Positions 26,775-41,143 of a stretch of 64,000 bases of DNA are shown here, one piece after another. Below the pieces are notes generated by a model that had not been told where the DNA came from, did not search any database, and was given only the letters and a program-made list of their open reading frames with translations. The stretch covers positions 57,102,001 to 57,166,000 of the forward strand of contig OX597814.1 of NCBI GenBank assembly GCA_951406725.2, in the 5' to 3' direction. Source of the DNA: Octopus vulgaris (Eukaryota). The translations under genes were made by a program, and so were the position numbers. Each line of letters begins with the position of its first letter. Positions within the stretch are counted from its first letter, which is position 1.

Positions 26775-26831
<57 letters not shown>

Positions 26832-27084
26832 AATCCAAACATGAACATACACACACATACACACACATCTTTATGCTTTCGTGTTTGTGCTTCTCCTCCC
26901 CATCACCGCTTGACAACCGGTGTTAGTGTGTTTACGTCTCCGTAACTTGCGACTCGACAAGGGAGACTGATAAAATAAGTACTAAGCTTGAAGAATAAAA
27001 TCGTGGGGCCGATCTGCTCGACTGAGACTCTTCAAGGCGGTGCTCCAGCATGGACGCAGTTAAATGACTGAAACAAGCAAAAGA

Positions 27085-27115
<31 letters not shown>

Positions 27116-27221
27116 CGTAAAATATTTATAGGATCGTGGTTTTTTTTTTAGAAATTTCACTACCAGTCGCCTAGCATGTATAAAAGTCAATAGACAACAT
27201 ATTGAGAATATGTTATATCGA

Positions 27222-27356
<135 letters not shown>

Positions 27357-27371
27357 GTATATATGTATGTG

Positions 27372-27402
<31 letters not shown>

Positions 27403-27444
27403 AAAGATATACATAAAGATATATATATATATATATATATATGT

Positions 27445-27862
27445 ACCGAAGTAAGCACATAAATGTGAAACAAGGTGGCAAAAAGAGTACTCAAATACCA
27501 GTAATATGCTTTATTCAAAAGCAGCAGAAATATAACAAAAGCTATTACTCGGAGTTTCACGTTCCCGTTCGTCGGACAGTTTGGTTAAAATAGAACCGAA
27601 ATAACAATTTGATCAAAATTAGTTAAAGGATACACCTTCACTGTTGTGAAATATTTAAATATATTTTTATTTTAATTTTTATGTATTAATTGTATTAATC
27701 GAAAAAGGACCAATGAAACAAATTCATTTTAAAGGTGTATGCTTTAGCTAGCTTTGATAAAATTGTTATTTCGGTTCTCTTTTAACAAAACTGTCCGACG
27801 AACGGGAACATGAAACTGCGAGTAATAGCTTTTGTTATATGTCTGCTGCTTTTAAATAAAGT
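27445..27862. mobile_element. Fold-back Penelope-type terminal repeat pair in (TA)n, each arm with a minimal hammerhead-like motif
   Basis: Arms about 27508-27638 and 27731-27862 are imperfect inverted repeats. Motif AACUGU-CCGACGA-ACG(GGAA)CGU-GAAACUCCGAGUA-AUAGCU at 27540-27581(-), variant at 27789-27830(+). Confidence 0.65.
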
Positions 27863-28579
27863 ATATATATATATATAAAGAGATAATTGAGATTAAGTTG
27901 AATTAGGTAAGTTGAAGCACCAAGTCAGTGCGGTATTATCTGTACAACTCAAAGTAAGGTGAATAAATTTAAAATAAGCAACAGGATATTAAGAGGTGAT
28001 GCAGTACGACCGTTTCAAACGGCTCCATTTAATTGAATAATGCAATCATTACATCAATTCAAATGCAGAGATATCCTCATCTGCATAAATAAATATAATT
28101 TTTTAATCAGTTGGACACATTAATATAATTTTACTCAAATTCTCTAATAGACCAAGAAGAGGGAGAAAGTCCATGTTGCTACTAATGTAACTCAGAATAT
28201 ACTACACTTCTAAGAACTGATGAAGTTTGTTAGGGTCATAGTATGTAAAGGATTGTGGTTCCTTTTTAACTTATTTGTCTTTTTTATCAACTACCAAATC
28301 TTAAGGTCAGTATCTGCGAATACATCTGATACATTGCACCACATGCAGCGATTGCTACTTCGACAGTAGGAATTGGCATTTATGTATCTAAATGAAAGAA
28401 CTCGTCATCAGATGCGCCTCAGTTTTCCGAAAATAGATCGTGATATGTGTCAATGCCAGTAAGTACAAAATCGCCACCATTTCATCTACAAAAATCAACG
28501 TTGGGAATCAACAGATTCAAAAAACAGCCATTATAGAAATAGATCAGTTGAACATATCACAGTGGCTAATCTAACCAAG

Positions 28580-28609
28580 CTGCTGCTACTACTACTGCTA
28601 CTACTACTG

Positions 28610-28644
<35 letters not shown>

Positions 28645-28720
28645 GCTACTACTACTACTACTACTACCACCACTACCACTACCACTACCACCACCACTAC
28701 CACCACCACTACCACCACTA
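28580..28720. repeat. (CTA/CTG)n(CCA)n trinucleotide microsatellite
   Basis: Read directly; explains the poly-S/G and poly-L/P ORFs. Confidence 0.95.
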
Positions 28721-31163
28721 TCATTGCTGCTTTGGCTACTTCTGCTACTTATGTTGTTTTGGCAACCATAGTGGATGGAAAATTGAACTAGTATTACCAA
28801 GGCCGTTACTGATACTTCTAGTTGACAGCTGTTGAGAATGGAAATTTGAGCCACTAATTCCTCCATTGCCTTTCTCCACCCGTGCCCTCACGCATGTTAG
28901 TTCCTACACTGAAATGTAACTGAACAGTTATGTAATTCAATTCTCTGGCGCTTCCTTTAGATTTTCCCTTCATTAGGGGATGTAAAAAGCTAATAAATAT
29001 TTCCAAGGCAACATTCAAACTGTTTTCATAATTATAAATTGCTGACATTTATAACGCCATTTGCATTGCATTAGTTTCTTAAAACGATCTCATTTTTCTT
29101 TAAAATATTTAAAAACAATCTTCCACACTAACCTTAAAATCATATAAAGCTAGGGTATTTTTATTCTCTTTGTCCCAGAAGAAGTTTCTAAATAGGCACC
29201 TCCAAAATAGTTTTTCAATCCTAATTAAATGATGGTAGCCTGTCATTTTCAATAATCGCAGACAGGCTTACACTTCTGTTTTAAATACAGAAGCTGATTG
29301 TTACGCTGAATAAAACGATTTCATTCTCAGCGATCGTTTCCTATCAGAATTATACACAACAATACGAATGTAGTTGTATTCAAAGGAGCAAAGGGATGGC
29401 TGTTACTCAATGAATTTTTCATAAGAAGCTGTAAGTAGGTTTCTTCTCTCTCCCCATTTTACCAGTACGGAAGCAGTACATACACCATACGAACTTGTGA
29501 AATATGTCAAATCAGTCGAATTGTTCTTCACTCTGTTCTGTAAAAAAATCTCTTGCCTTTTAACCTCGTGGCTTTACAACAACGGTAAATCTGTATATTT
29601 ACGAATAAATGAATCAGAAATTGGACCAAATTAGTATGTGTGTAATATACGTAAATATATGTATTTCTATCTATCTATCTATCTGTATATCTATTTATCT
29701 AGCTATTTTTCTCTCTATCAACATATCTACTACATATGTGGCAAATCGGTGTGTGTTTGTGGCGTTGTTGGCTAACTCCTCCTACATCGTAGTATTGTTT
29801 TTGATGAAACTTGACCCATGAGTACAACTCATATCTAGAAAGCTCGTGACATACTTAGATTGTTGAAAAAATCTATAATACGGCCCCTGGAAGGGACCTT
29901 TATATCTACCCCATATAACACTTTTTCCATGACAGTAGATAATTTTTGTTATTCCACAACGTATTTGTTGTGGCTTACTGCAGGCATAGCGTGGATTCGA
30001 CCCTCGATTGCCAAATTTCACTTAACACTTCAACAGTGCTTTTCTCATGGTAAGACAATAGTTTTTCTGTGAATGATAGCAGTTATTCAATTCACAGATG
30101 CCTTCGCTAAGCAGAATAATGTCTTTTCCTCTGGCCAACCTCCGACAACCTCTCTCACCAACACGCAACTATCTCTCTCTCCTCCAGCTGACAGTTTTTG
30201 TACTGCTTCATGACAGAAAATACACCATTTGTGACAGTTATTACGAAATTGCTTTCTTATATCAGAGTAATAAGACGTTTCAGTGGATGGGGAGAGGAGT
30301 TTCAGATCAGGAAGTTTCCCCGTTTTGACGTAGATTTTCTCCATTTTTTTTACCACAGCCTTCGGAATAATGGCGCTGATGCGGGGAGGGTACATCTTAT
30401 GTATGACAAAAAAGTTTATAAATTTTTTGTTACCCCCCACACACACACACACACACTCATCGTCCCACTCCAGACCGGTTTTGGCCATATTTTTTCTTTG
30501 TACTCTCAAACCATGCAAGCAGCCTATTCGGTAAAACAAACAAACAATTGTAAATATTTTCAGAGGAAAAAGTATGTGATTTAAGGTTGTTGTTTCTAGC
30601 ACATCCCAAGACCATACTCCTCGATTCTTTCTCACTCTCGCATGTATTGGTGTTTTTCAATATTTTTCTCTCGATAATGCGGCGTGCTGGCAGAAACGTT
30701 AGCACGCTGGATGAACTGCTTACTAGTGTTTTGTGCCTTTATGCCTGAGTTCAAATGCCGCCGAGATCAACTTTTCTTTTCATCCTTTCGGGAACGATAA
30801 GTTAAGTACCAGTTGAGTACTGAGGTCTAATCGACTGGCGCCCTCCACCCAAATTTCGAGTCTTGTGCCTAGAGTAGAAAAGAATATTTTTCTCCCCATC
30901 AACACATTTATGTTATAAAAAAAATTTGAAAATTTATGAAATTTTTTCAGCCTGATTGTTTCTGCTTATAATTTAAAATATTGGAGTCTGATGCATTTAT
31001 CTTGATGAAATTGCAGCGACTATGATGAATAATTTCATACAGAGCAATGTACAGTTGCTGCAGTAGAAACACATGTTAGGCATTGTTAAACGTGATGCTG
31101 CAGAAAACTTTTTAATAAAAGAGTTTGGGATGTGAATAAATATCCATTCTCCTCTTTGTTTTC

Positions 31164-31250
<87 letters not shown>

Positions 31251-31601
31251 CGTGCGTGCGTGTGTGTGTGTGTGTGTAAGTATATCCTGGTGTGTGCGAG
31301 TGTGTGTGAATGTGTGCGTTTAACTCACCAGGAAGGCAGTCATTCATAGATCATGTAATAACTAACAATTTTCCATTTAGTAAAACTGTTCTAATTATAG
31401 CTTTCCAAGTGTCTGAATAGGTAAGTTTCTACAGGTGACTATGATAGTGAGTTAAAGAGAGAGAAGGAGAGAGAAAGAAAAAAATAGTTTTAAACGGAGA
31501 CGAATTTAAATACATACGAACATGTATTTGATTACTTACAAATACAACAAACTTGTTCGTGTGTTTGTGCATATGTACATACATACATACACACACACAC
31601 A

Positions 31602-31655
<54 letters not shown>

Positions 31656-31806
31656 TATATGCCTGTGCATATAAATATATACTATTTACGTACATACATA
31701 CACACAAAAGCACATATATAGTATGGAGTGCAACTATAAGTTTGTGTCTGTGTGTATAAATACATATATGTAAATGTACGTTTATATATGTTAATATAGG
31801 TATATA

Positions 31807-31863
<57 letters not shown>

Positions 31864-32092
31864 CCCTCTCACTATCTCTGTATATATATATATATAAATA
31901 TATATATATATACAACACATGCATACATGTGCATATACATGCATACAAACCATCGCATACAGATTTTTCCACAGCGTGACCTTGTGGAAACTATTGTATA
32001 TTGATGTGGTTCTGCGTGTATACGTGTTGTTATTTGTGTATGCTTATTGTATTGTGTATGCTTATTGTCATGTATTAAAATAAACCACTAAC

Positions 32093-32227
32093 CTTTAGAG
32101 CCCCTTCGCTGACATCAATGTTTTTCTTTTTGAGACCAATACTAAGTTCTTCAACCGACAAATTTCCATCCTTCGATGTATCAAGTCCATCGAAGATTGC
32201 TGCCCATTCTTGTTTTGATTGATTCAT
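32093..32227 (-). CDS. Alternative first coding exon 1B (EF1) of the calmodulin-like gene
   Basis: ATG at 32227, 135 nt. MNQSKQEWAAIFDGLDTSKDGNLSVEELSIGLKKKNIDVSEGALK, donor AAG|gttagt (phase 0), loop DTSKDGNLSVEE. Missed by the ORF track. Joining to exon 2 is inferred. Confidence 0.8.
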
Positions 32228-32340
32228 TTCTTATGTTATATTTTTAGAAAGAAAAACCTTAAGATGAGATAGTACAAGATTCACAAGAATCACAAGTTGC
32301 GTAGAAGTTGAGGTTGAACGTTCGTAACTTCTGCACTATG

Positions 32341-32373
32341 AACTGTGAACTAATGAAATTGTGTCATTATATA
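32341..32373 (-). promoter_or_regulatory. TATA (TATATAAT) plus Inr-like ACAGTT core promoter of exon 1B
   Basis: TATA at 32373-32366, CAGTT about 29 nt downstream; spacing conserved with exon 1C. Confidence 0.55.
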
Positions 32374-33227
32374 CCGCTACCGGTTTTTTTCTCTCCAATG
32401 ATTTCCTTGCGTATATGAGTGGTTTTGTAAGTGTATATATATCTACGATCTGTCAGTGAGCGCGTGTGTGTATGTGTGTCTGTGTGTGAAATTTCAGTAT
32501 TGCTTTTGGTATTGTTGTTTTATAAATTAAAACAGCACAATCAAATCTTCAAAAATGTACATTGATTATATTATCCCGATGTAGGTCGCACCCATCACTA
32601 CACATGTTCTCTCACACACTGTATACATGCACGCTTACCGCACATGCATATATGGGCTTACAATTACACACATAATACATACATACATACATACATACAT
32701 ACATACATACATACATACATACATACATACATACATACATGCAAACATATATTTCGCACACGGCCTTGACTCAAAACATCTCACGTATTTCAAAAGCAAA
32801 CTATATTTTAATTACACTTTTTAAAAGAACCCGATGAGTGCAATCTTTTGGTGAAACCCCTGTTAATAGATATTTGATAGAAAAAAGTTATGCAGCTTTA
32901 AGTGATGAAAAAAGTGATAATTTGTTGTTTCCAACTTTTACTTACTTGCGGCCAATTTAATGCTTTACCACTAATTAAGTTTTAGCTCAATCTTAATTCG
33001 ATTTATTGTGCTATAATGGACCATTTATAAGCTACATTTTGACATAAAATACTCGAAATTTGGTTCAGTAGAAAAAAAGTTATGATAAAAAGTGTAGGGC
33101 CAAATATAGGAAAGTGACGCCTAATATTTACTTTGATTCGTAATTTCTCAGTTATTTGAAAGAATATCTATACTTTAATTATGTCTGTTTAAAAGAACTC
33201 AATGAGTAGAATCTTTCGGGAAAGACC

Positions 33228-34560
33228 TCATGGGAGGCCTACCGTGTCCAGTTTGAACTATTGGCTGACCAGAATGGATTGGACGATGGGCAAAGAGCAG
33301 TTCAGCTTGCTACTAGTCTAAAGGGCGCTGCAGTAGAAGTACTGAGCTAGTTGACTGTAGAGGACAGAAGCTGTTCTCCTTCACTAGTGGCAGTGTTAGA
33401 GAGAAGATATGGCACTATGTGCTTAAGTGTACAGGGTACGATTTCGGGCCCGCATAAGGACTAGAAGAGAATCACTACAACAGCTTGCCCAGGAACTTTT
33501 GGCTCTTCTTCTGAAAGCAGTTCATCGACGCTTTGGGCAGTGCAGAGCTTAAAGTTCAAGTGAAGCAAGCACAGTCGAATACTATACAAGAGGCATTGGC
33601 GAGAGCTCTGGAATTTGAGTCGTATGTAAGGTCTAGCACAGGAAGATTTCAGGTGGACTACAGTTCCGGACTCAACGCAAAGAAGGGCAAGTACGTGAAG
33701 CAGGAAGATTTAATAAAAGTTGGTGGTATTGCGAAAAGGTCGGACATAACAGAGAAAGCTGTTTGAAGAAGAAAGAACAAGAGACGGTTGGAATATATTG
33801 TTGGCACTGTGGGAAGCCAGGACACAAGATGCAAGATTGTTACAAACTGAAGAGAGAGCAAAGGCAGAACAGTAGTAAAAAGTTCACACTTAGGAGAAAG
33901 TGTGAAACATGAGGTGAAAAGAGACTTCAGTTTTAACTGCCCTACACGAAATAAGGATAGTAAGAAGGTAACGAAAGACAAAGGAGAGTCGGAAAACTAG
34001 GAAGGAGCTGGTGTAAATGGGCAACCGCCAGCCGAATATTCCAAAGAAGCCCCAACTCCGAGAAGATGTAAAAAGGCTAATTGACAGCATATAAGTGGAT
34101 GGTAGAATTGACAACTAGAAGTGTCACCTTGTGATTGATTCGGCTTCGGAGCAGACTTTTGTGAGACCCGAGATGTCACAGCATCGAGACCTACCAGAGT
34201 TATCACGGCAGTTGTGCGGTGTTACCGGACAGTGTACTGAACTGAGAAGACCGGTTGATGTCCTGATTGAAGTTGTAGGACGAAATGTCGTGCTTCTAGT
34301 CTACGTGGTGGAGATGGAGTGTCTCTGTCTCTTGGTTTGGACTACTTGGCGACTATGGGGTGTCAATTGGACTTCTGCTCCATGAAGCTTCGGGTGAAAG
34401 AAAGATTAGTCCCTGTCAAGATGGTAAAGCAGACTATTGCTGGTGGTGAAGTGAAAGCGTTACGGACGATAGTGATCCCACCGAAATCGGAATTTCTACT
34501 CCAGTGTAGTGTGAAGCACCGTATTAACACAGGAGATCGTCGCCCAATCGAGAAACCGGC
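33228..34560 (+). mobile_element. Decayed Ty3/gypsy gag-protease region
   Basis: WEAYRVQFELLADQNG..RAVQLATSLKGAAVEVL..LERRYG, two CCHC knuckles (WYCEKVGHNRESC, CWHCGKPGHKMQDC) and protease-like VIDSASEQTFVRP..LGLDYL. Frameshifted. Confidence 0.8.
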
Positions 34561-35182
34561 TTGAGGGATGGCACCAGTGCAGTGTAAAGAAATGGAACGT
34601 TCTGAAAGAGAAGTCAATGTGGAAAGATGTCTGCGAGATGAAAGAAATGTCGAGTCAGAATTGCAAAATGTTCGCCAAAACTTTGTAGGGGAGGCCAAAT
34701 CTTTCCACGAAGTCAAAGAAAAACATACGCAGTGGTTGCAGAAATGTGATAGGAAAAACATGAACCAAAAAATATATATTTTAATGAAATAAGATGGGAA
34801 ACCAAGTGTTCTCAGAGAACACAGACAACAGCCGACTGTCAGAAAATAAATTTCAGCTGATCCGAGAAATTAACGAACTGAATGCGAATATGTTGCAAAC
34901 AGAAAAAATAAAAAGGAGCTGAGAAATTAACGAACTAAAGGTGAATATGTTACAAAAAGAAATCAGACCCTGAAAATTAACAAACTAAGGACGAATATCT
35001 TACAAAAAAAAAAAAAAAATACGGGAAGAGATACAGTGCAACATGCATGAAAGGATTGGTGTATAAAAGACGCAAATTGAACATCGCTCTCTCGTTTTGC
35101 AAGCGAAGACGAAAAAGATAATTATTTGTGGACGCAAATATATGTGTGTGTGTGCGCGCGCACGTGTGTGTGTGTGTGTGTG

Positions 35183-35229
<47 letters not shown>

Positions 35230-35400
35230 TAAATATTTGTTGTGCAAGATTTTTTATGTGAAGGACCAGGAGTGTGACGAAAGAACTTTGGCCGAAATAA
35301 GATTAAGATTAATGTATAAAAATAAATATCACTGAAGCAAAATAACACCAAATATATAGTGCGTGTGTTTTTATTCTAAACTGGCAATATGACCATTCCG

Positions 35401-35787
<387 letters not shown>

Positions 35788-35799
35788 GCGTAATGTGTA

Positions 35800-36075
35800 G
35801 GTGCAATGGTTCAGTGGTTAGAGCAGCAAACTCGCGATCATAAGATCGCGGTTTCGATACCGAGACCGGGCGTTGTGAGTGTTTATTGATCGAAGACACC
35901 TAAAGCCCCACGTGGCTCCGGCACGGGTAGGTAGCGAACCCTGCTGTACTTTTTCACCGGCCATGGTTACGCGTGTCTGTGGTTTGCTCACCCATTTGCA
36001 CGTTAATTTCACGAGCAGGCAGTACCGTTGATTAGATCAACTGGTACCCTTGTCGTCGTAACCGACGGAGTGCCG
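35800..36075 (+). mobile_element. tRNA-derived SINE (second family)
   Basis: A/B-box head TGGTTCAGTGGTTAGAGC..GGTTTCGATACC. Related heads at 15690, 44475, 49218 and 57997, and on minus at about 16330, 56430 and 57270. Confidence 0.7.
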
Positions 36076-37163
36076 TAAAAATATAGGCATACCTACGGAT
36101 GTGTATCCCACCTGATTTTGTTGCTTCATAAGGTCCAGAAAAATGGATACTTTTTAACTAAATTTTCAACAAATACTGCTTAGATGTTCTAAATTTAGAG
36201 TATCCTGGGATTTGTTGCAAATAATGTTTGGAGAGAGAAGTGTTGGAAAATTCAAACGATCCGAATTTTTTCCCTTTTAACTTTCAGGAAAATGAGTATC
36301 TTTTAATGAAAGTTTATACAACTATCTTTCAAACGGCATAGATTACGATTATAAAGAAATTTTGGGTGGAAATTTTATCTGAGTGGATGGGGAGAGGAAT
36401 TTCGGATCAGGAAGTTTCCCCGTTTTGACGTGGATTTTCTCCATTTTTTATTTTTACCACAGCCTTCGGAATAATGGCGCTGATGCGGGGAGGGTACATC
36501 TTTTGTATGACAAAAAAGTTTATAAATGTTTTTATTACCCCCCACACACACACACACACACTCATCATCCCACTCCAGACCGGTTTTGCCATATTTTTTC
36601 TTTGCACTCTGAAACCATGCAAGCAGCCTATTCGGTAAAAAAAACAAACAATTGTAAATATTTTTCAGAGGAAAAAGTGTGTGATTTAAGGTTGTTGTTT
36701 CTAGCACATCCCAAGACCATACTCCTCGATTCTTTCTCACTCTCGCATGTATTGGTGTTTTTCAATATTTTTCTCTCCATAAGGCGGCGAGCACGCCGGG
36801 TGAACTGCTTACCAGTAATTTGTGTCTTTATGCCTGAGTTCAAATGCCGCCGAGGACGACTTTTCCTTTCATTCTTTCGGGGACGATAAATTAACTACCA
36901 GTTGAGTACTGAGGTCTAATCGACTGGCGCCCTCCACCAAAATTTCGAGTCTTGTGCCTAGAGTAGAAAAGAATATTTTTCTCCCCATCAACACATTTAT
37001 GTTATAAAAAAAAATTGAAAATTTATGAAATTTTTACAATTTAAAATATTGGAGAGTCTGATGCTTTTGTCCAGCAATTAAAAAAAAAGTTATGTAAGAG
37101 ATAATTCATTTTAATAACACTTTTCTGTAAGAATATGCTTTTTCTTACACACACAGACACACA

Positions 37164-37212
<49 letters not shown>

Positions 37213-37889
37213 TCTCGATTGAGTGAGGTGGAGGTAAAAATTTTAATTGCTATTTTTTTTGCCACTTATACCCCACCAATGGACCACATGTGCGTTACTT
37301 CAGCATCATCATGTCATAAAATGTGTTTAATGAAGAAAAATAGTGTAAAACATGTGAAAAAAACATGTGAGAGTGAAAACGGAGTGCTAGAAACAACAGC
37401 CAAATCTCCTTTGAATCGCACACCTTTTCCTCCGAAAATATTTACAATTTTTTTTTTTACCGAAAAGACACCTCCCGTGGTTTTAAAGTGCAAAAAAATT
37501 GGTCAAAATCGGTTCGAAGTGGGATGGTGATAAGGGGAAAGTAATAAAAAATTTTCAAAACTTTGTTATAAAAAGATGCCCACCAATCCCATCATTTTGA
37601 AGGATTTGGTGAAAAAAATCTCCGTCAAAACGGTGAAATTCCAACTTATGAAAATTTTCTGGAAGTTATGAGGCAACAAAGTCGGTGGTGGAGTACACAT
37701 CTATAGAGATGCTTATATGTATATATACATATATGTATATATATGCACACATGCATACATATGCACATACATGCATACAGACCTACGAACACAGATTTTT
37801 TCACAGCCTAAGCTTGTGGAAGCTATTGTATATGGATGTGTTTGTGTGTTATGTATGCTTATTGTGTTAATCCAACTTAAATCACTAAC

Positions 37890-38024
37890 CTTTAGTGCCA
37901 TTTTGCTGACATTAATGTTTCTAGCTTTGAGACCAACATCAAGTTCTTCAACCGACAAACATCCATCCTTGTTTTTATCAATTTCATCGAACTTTGCTTC
38001 CCATTCTTGTTTTGTTAGATTCAT
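37890..38024 (-). CDS. Alternative first coding exon 1C (canonical EF1) of the calmodulin-like gene
   Basis: ATG at 38024, 135 nt. MNLTKQEWEAKFDEIDKNKDGCLSVEELDVGLKARNINVSKMALK, donor AAG|gttagt (phase 0), loop DKNKDGCLSVEE. Gives 140 aa if joined to exons 2+3. Confidence 0.83.
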
Positions 38025-38125
38025 CTCTTATGTGTTATATTTTCAGAAAGAAAATTCTTAAGACGAGATAGTACAAGATTCACAAGTTGTGTAGAAGTTG
38101 AAGTCGAACGTTCTTCTGCACTACA

Positions 38126-38158
38126 AACTGTAAACTAAAGAATTCGTGACATTTTATA
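38126..38158 (-). promoter_or_regulatory. TATA (TATAAAA) plus Inr-like ACAGTT core promoter of exon 1C
   Basis: TATAAAA at 38158-38152 and CAGTT about 29 nt downstream. Confidence 0.6.
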
Positions 38159-38786
38159 TGCAGCTACTGTTTTTTTTTTTTTTTTTTGCTTCCATCCAAT
38201 AATTTCCTTGCATATATAAGTGTATGTACATGTGTGTGCGTTTGTGTGTGTTTGTGTCTGTAAGTGTATGTATCTGCGACCTGTCAGTGTGAGTGCGTGT
38301 GTGTGTGTTTTCGTGCGTGGGAAACTTCGGTGTATATGCTTCTGTAATTATTATCATTATTTTATAAAGTAGAACTACACAATCGAAACTTCCGTTGAGG
38401 CATATCATGAAAGGAAAACAGAAAGTGTCTGAGACTTCAAATAAAGAGCAATTGTTTTTCCCATGTAGGTCTCACACGCACAGACACACCGACAAACACT
38501 CACTACACTCATTCTCTCGTATACATGCACGCTTACACAAATGCATATTAACACGTATACTTACACATACATGCATACATACATACATGCATACATTCAT
38601 ACATACATACATACATACATACATACATACATACATACATACATACACACACAAATACAAATGCATACGCAAACATGTATGTATATTTATGATAGTGAGT
38701 GTATGTATAGCATGTATGGTGAATGTAGAGGGCAGCTGCCGATCGTCAGCATCACTGAGCTCTAGATAAAACATGCTGAGATATTA

Positions 38787-39720
38787 TTAGATTGTCCAAA
38801 AAGTTCTGAGCGTCTTTTAATATGCAAAAAAGGATCCAAATACTTGACCTTTCAATAAATTTTATTCAATGAAATAATATTATTATTAATTTATTAATGA
38901 CATTTGCCCATCTATCGGGTAATTTAAATATTCTATCAGCATAAAATTTGACTGGTTTTCAAGAAAAAAGTTATCTAGATGCATTTTGACTCCATCTAAA
39001 TCGTTAAATGTTTTCCCTTGCAATGAGTTCTGTAGAGACAAAAACAAGTGGTAGTTGGATGGCTCAATATCAGGAGAATATGGTGGCTGGGGTAAAAGAT
39101 CCCTGCGAAGTTCATGTAACTTTGTTTGGATAGCCAAAGACACATGTCGTCGGGCATTGTCTTATTGGAACACTACCCCTTATCTTTTGGCAATCTGCGG
39201 CCTCAGTTCTTTGATTATTTTTTATTCAAATTAGCCAGCTGACGACAAAACACATCAGAATTAATGGTCTGGTTTTGTGGGAGAAGCTCACAGTAAATAA
39301 TGCCTTTATGATCCTACCAGAGACAAAACATAGTTTTTTTGGCATAGAAGTTGGTCTTGGGTTGCTGTTTTGGGGGATCCTTACACAAACTTCAGGATCT
39401 TTTTCATACTATGTTTTCGTACACAATCCATTTTTCATCATGTGCAAATGTCGCTCAGGTTAACTTGAACATTTATTCTTTTTGTGCTGATAAGTAAAGT
39501 ACTACCACAAAACTGGTGCAGTCTTCTTACGCTCCATCGTCACATCCTAACTTTTCCGCTGAATTGCTTGCAGGAGAGTCGATAGAGTGTCTATGTTTGC
39601 TTGCGTCTACATGGGTACATGAAACGTTTGCGAAAGAATGGTGCATATTGATACTAAGTTACCAATAGCGAGTGACTGTTGTACATTTTTAAAAATTAAA
39701 TTTTGTTTCGTATACAGAAC
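38787..39720 (-). mobile_element. Decayed mariner (DD34D) element
   Basis: QDNARRHVSLAIQTKLHELRRDLLPQPPYSPDIEPSNYHLFLSLQNSLQGKTF; TIR-like TTAGATTGTCCAAAAAGTTC after TA. Confidence 0.85.
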
Positions 39721-39898
39721 TTGTAGCGTGGCTCTGTGGTAAGAAGCTTGTTTCCCAAATACGTGATTCCGGGTTCAGTCCTGCTTTATGGTACCTTGGG
39801 CAAGTGTCTTCTACTGTAGCTTCGGGCTGACGAAATCCTTGTGAATGGATTTGGTAGACGGAAACTGAAAGAGGCACGTCGTATATAATATATGCATA

Positions 39899-40552
39899 TG
39901 TAAAAACCAACACTTCCTTTTTCCGATTCGAAACCGAATCTAAGGATTCTCACTCGTCTGATCCACCACTGACCAAACAGGCGCGAAAGAAATTTCTTTG
40001 TCTTCTCAAAAAATGATGGATTATTTCCCTTCAACCTTCGACCTCAGCCGTGTCATTTAAGGTTCAAGTGGCCAGAATGTGACCTACTTAATTAGGAATT
40101 TCTCCTCTGGTATGTCTATCCTTCTAGCTGTCACGACTGTTATAAAATACGGCACTCCATCAAGGGACAGAGTCAGATTCAAAATCAAACGGTCAGTGAG
40201 AGCAATCACAGTCAGAGACAGAGGGAAAGCGCCAGTGAAACTGACAACAGAGAAGCAGATATTCAACATGAACGACCGCCGATATCGCAGACCCTAAACA
40301 GACACCATTGATTGACCAACGCACACACAGACACAAAACATGTCCGGTTCGTGCCTATCATATCCACAGTATATACCCTGTTAATTTCTTCGCCAGCTCA
40401 AAGCGGTTGGTATTGATGTGATGTAGTGAAATATTTGTGTATACAACAGGTAAATGCAAGTGTCGTTTCAATAAATTATTTAAACAACAAACCAATGTTT
40501 TTATGTCATCCACATGCCTATTTTATCTGCTACCACAACATCTTGTGCTACA
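39899..40552 (+). mobile_element. Probable solo LTR
   Basis: TGTA...TACA termini, TATAAAA at 40141 and AATAAA near 40470. No target-site duplication found. Confidence 0.45.
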
Positions 40553-40596
40553 TCTTTTTCCAGTACACATATATACATACATATACGTACATACAT

Positions 40597-40695
<99 letters not shown>

Positions 40696-40699
40696 TATA

Positions 40700-40806
40700 T
40701 CAATGGCGGTGCCCCAGCATGGCCATAGCTCGTGAGCTGAAACTAGATAAAATAAAATAAGAAATAAAAAATATATATATATATATACATTCATACATAT
40801 ACATAC

Positions 40807-40888
<82 letters not shown>

Positions 40889-41059
40889 CATATATATACA
40901 CGACAGGATTCTTTCAGTTTCCGTCTACCAAATTTTATAAGCCTAGTACTTATGCTATCGGTCTCCCTTGCCGAAACGCTTAGTTACGTAGACGTAAACA
41001 CAACAATACCGGTTGTCAAACGGTGCTGAGGGAACAGACACTGACATAAAGACACACAC

Positions 41060-41143
<84 letters not shown>

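Larger units (their letters stand above)
25882..26780 (+). mobile_element. Second retrozyme-like array: inverted partial unit plus two 364-bp hammerhead units, in (TA)n
   Basis: Diverged subfamily of 21408-23369. Inverted segment 25882-26019. Cores at 26155 and 26519. Confidence 0.88.
30281..32760. repeat. Segmental duplication copy A (pairs with 36381-38690), containing exon 1B and its promoter
   Basis: 30281-30995 matches 36381-37065, including the same SINE junction. About 31920-32760 matches about 37750-38690. Confidence 0.85.
36381..38690. repeat. Segmental duplication copy B, containing exon 1C and its promoter
   Basis: See copy A. Also carries an inverted, diverged relative of 36400-36770 at about 37340-37660. 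Confidence 0.85.

Noticed and set aside
30087-30705. ORFs of 80-180 aa repeated at 36375-36889
   Set aside because: Frames are not conserved between the duplicated copies; non-coding repeat sequence.
35800-35875. Functional tRNA gene (also 44475, 49218, 57997)
   Set aside because: A/B boxes are present but the acceptor stems do not close and SINE bodies follow.
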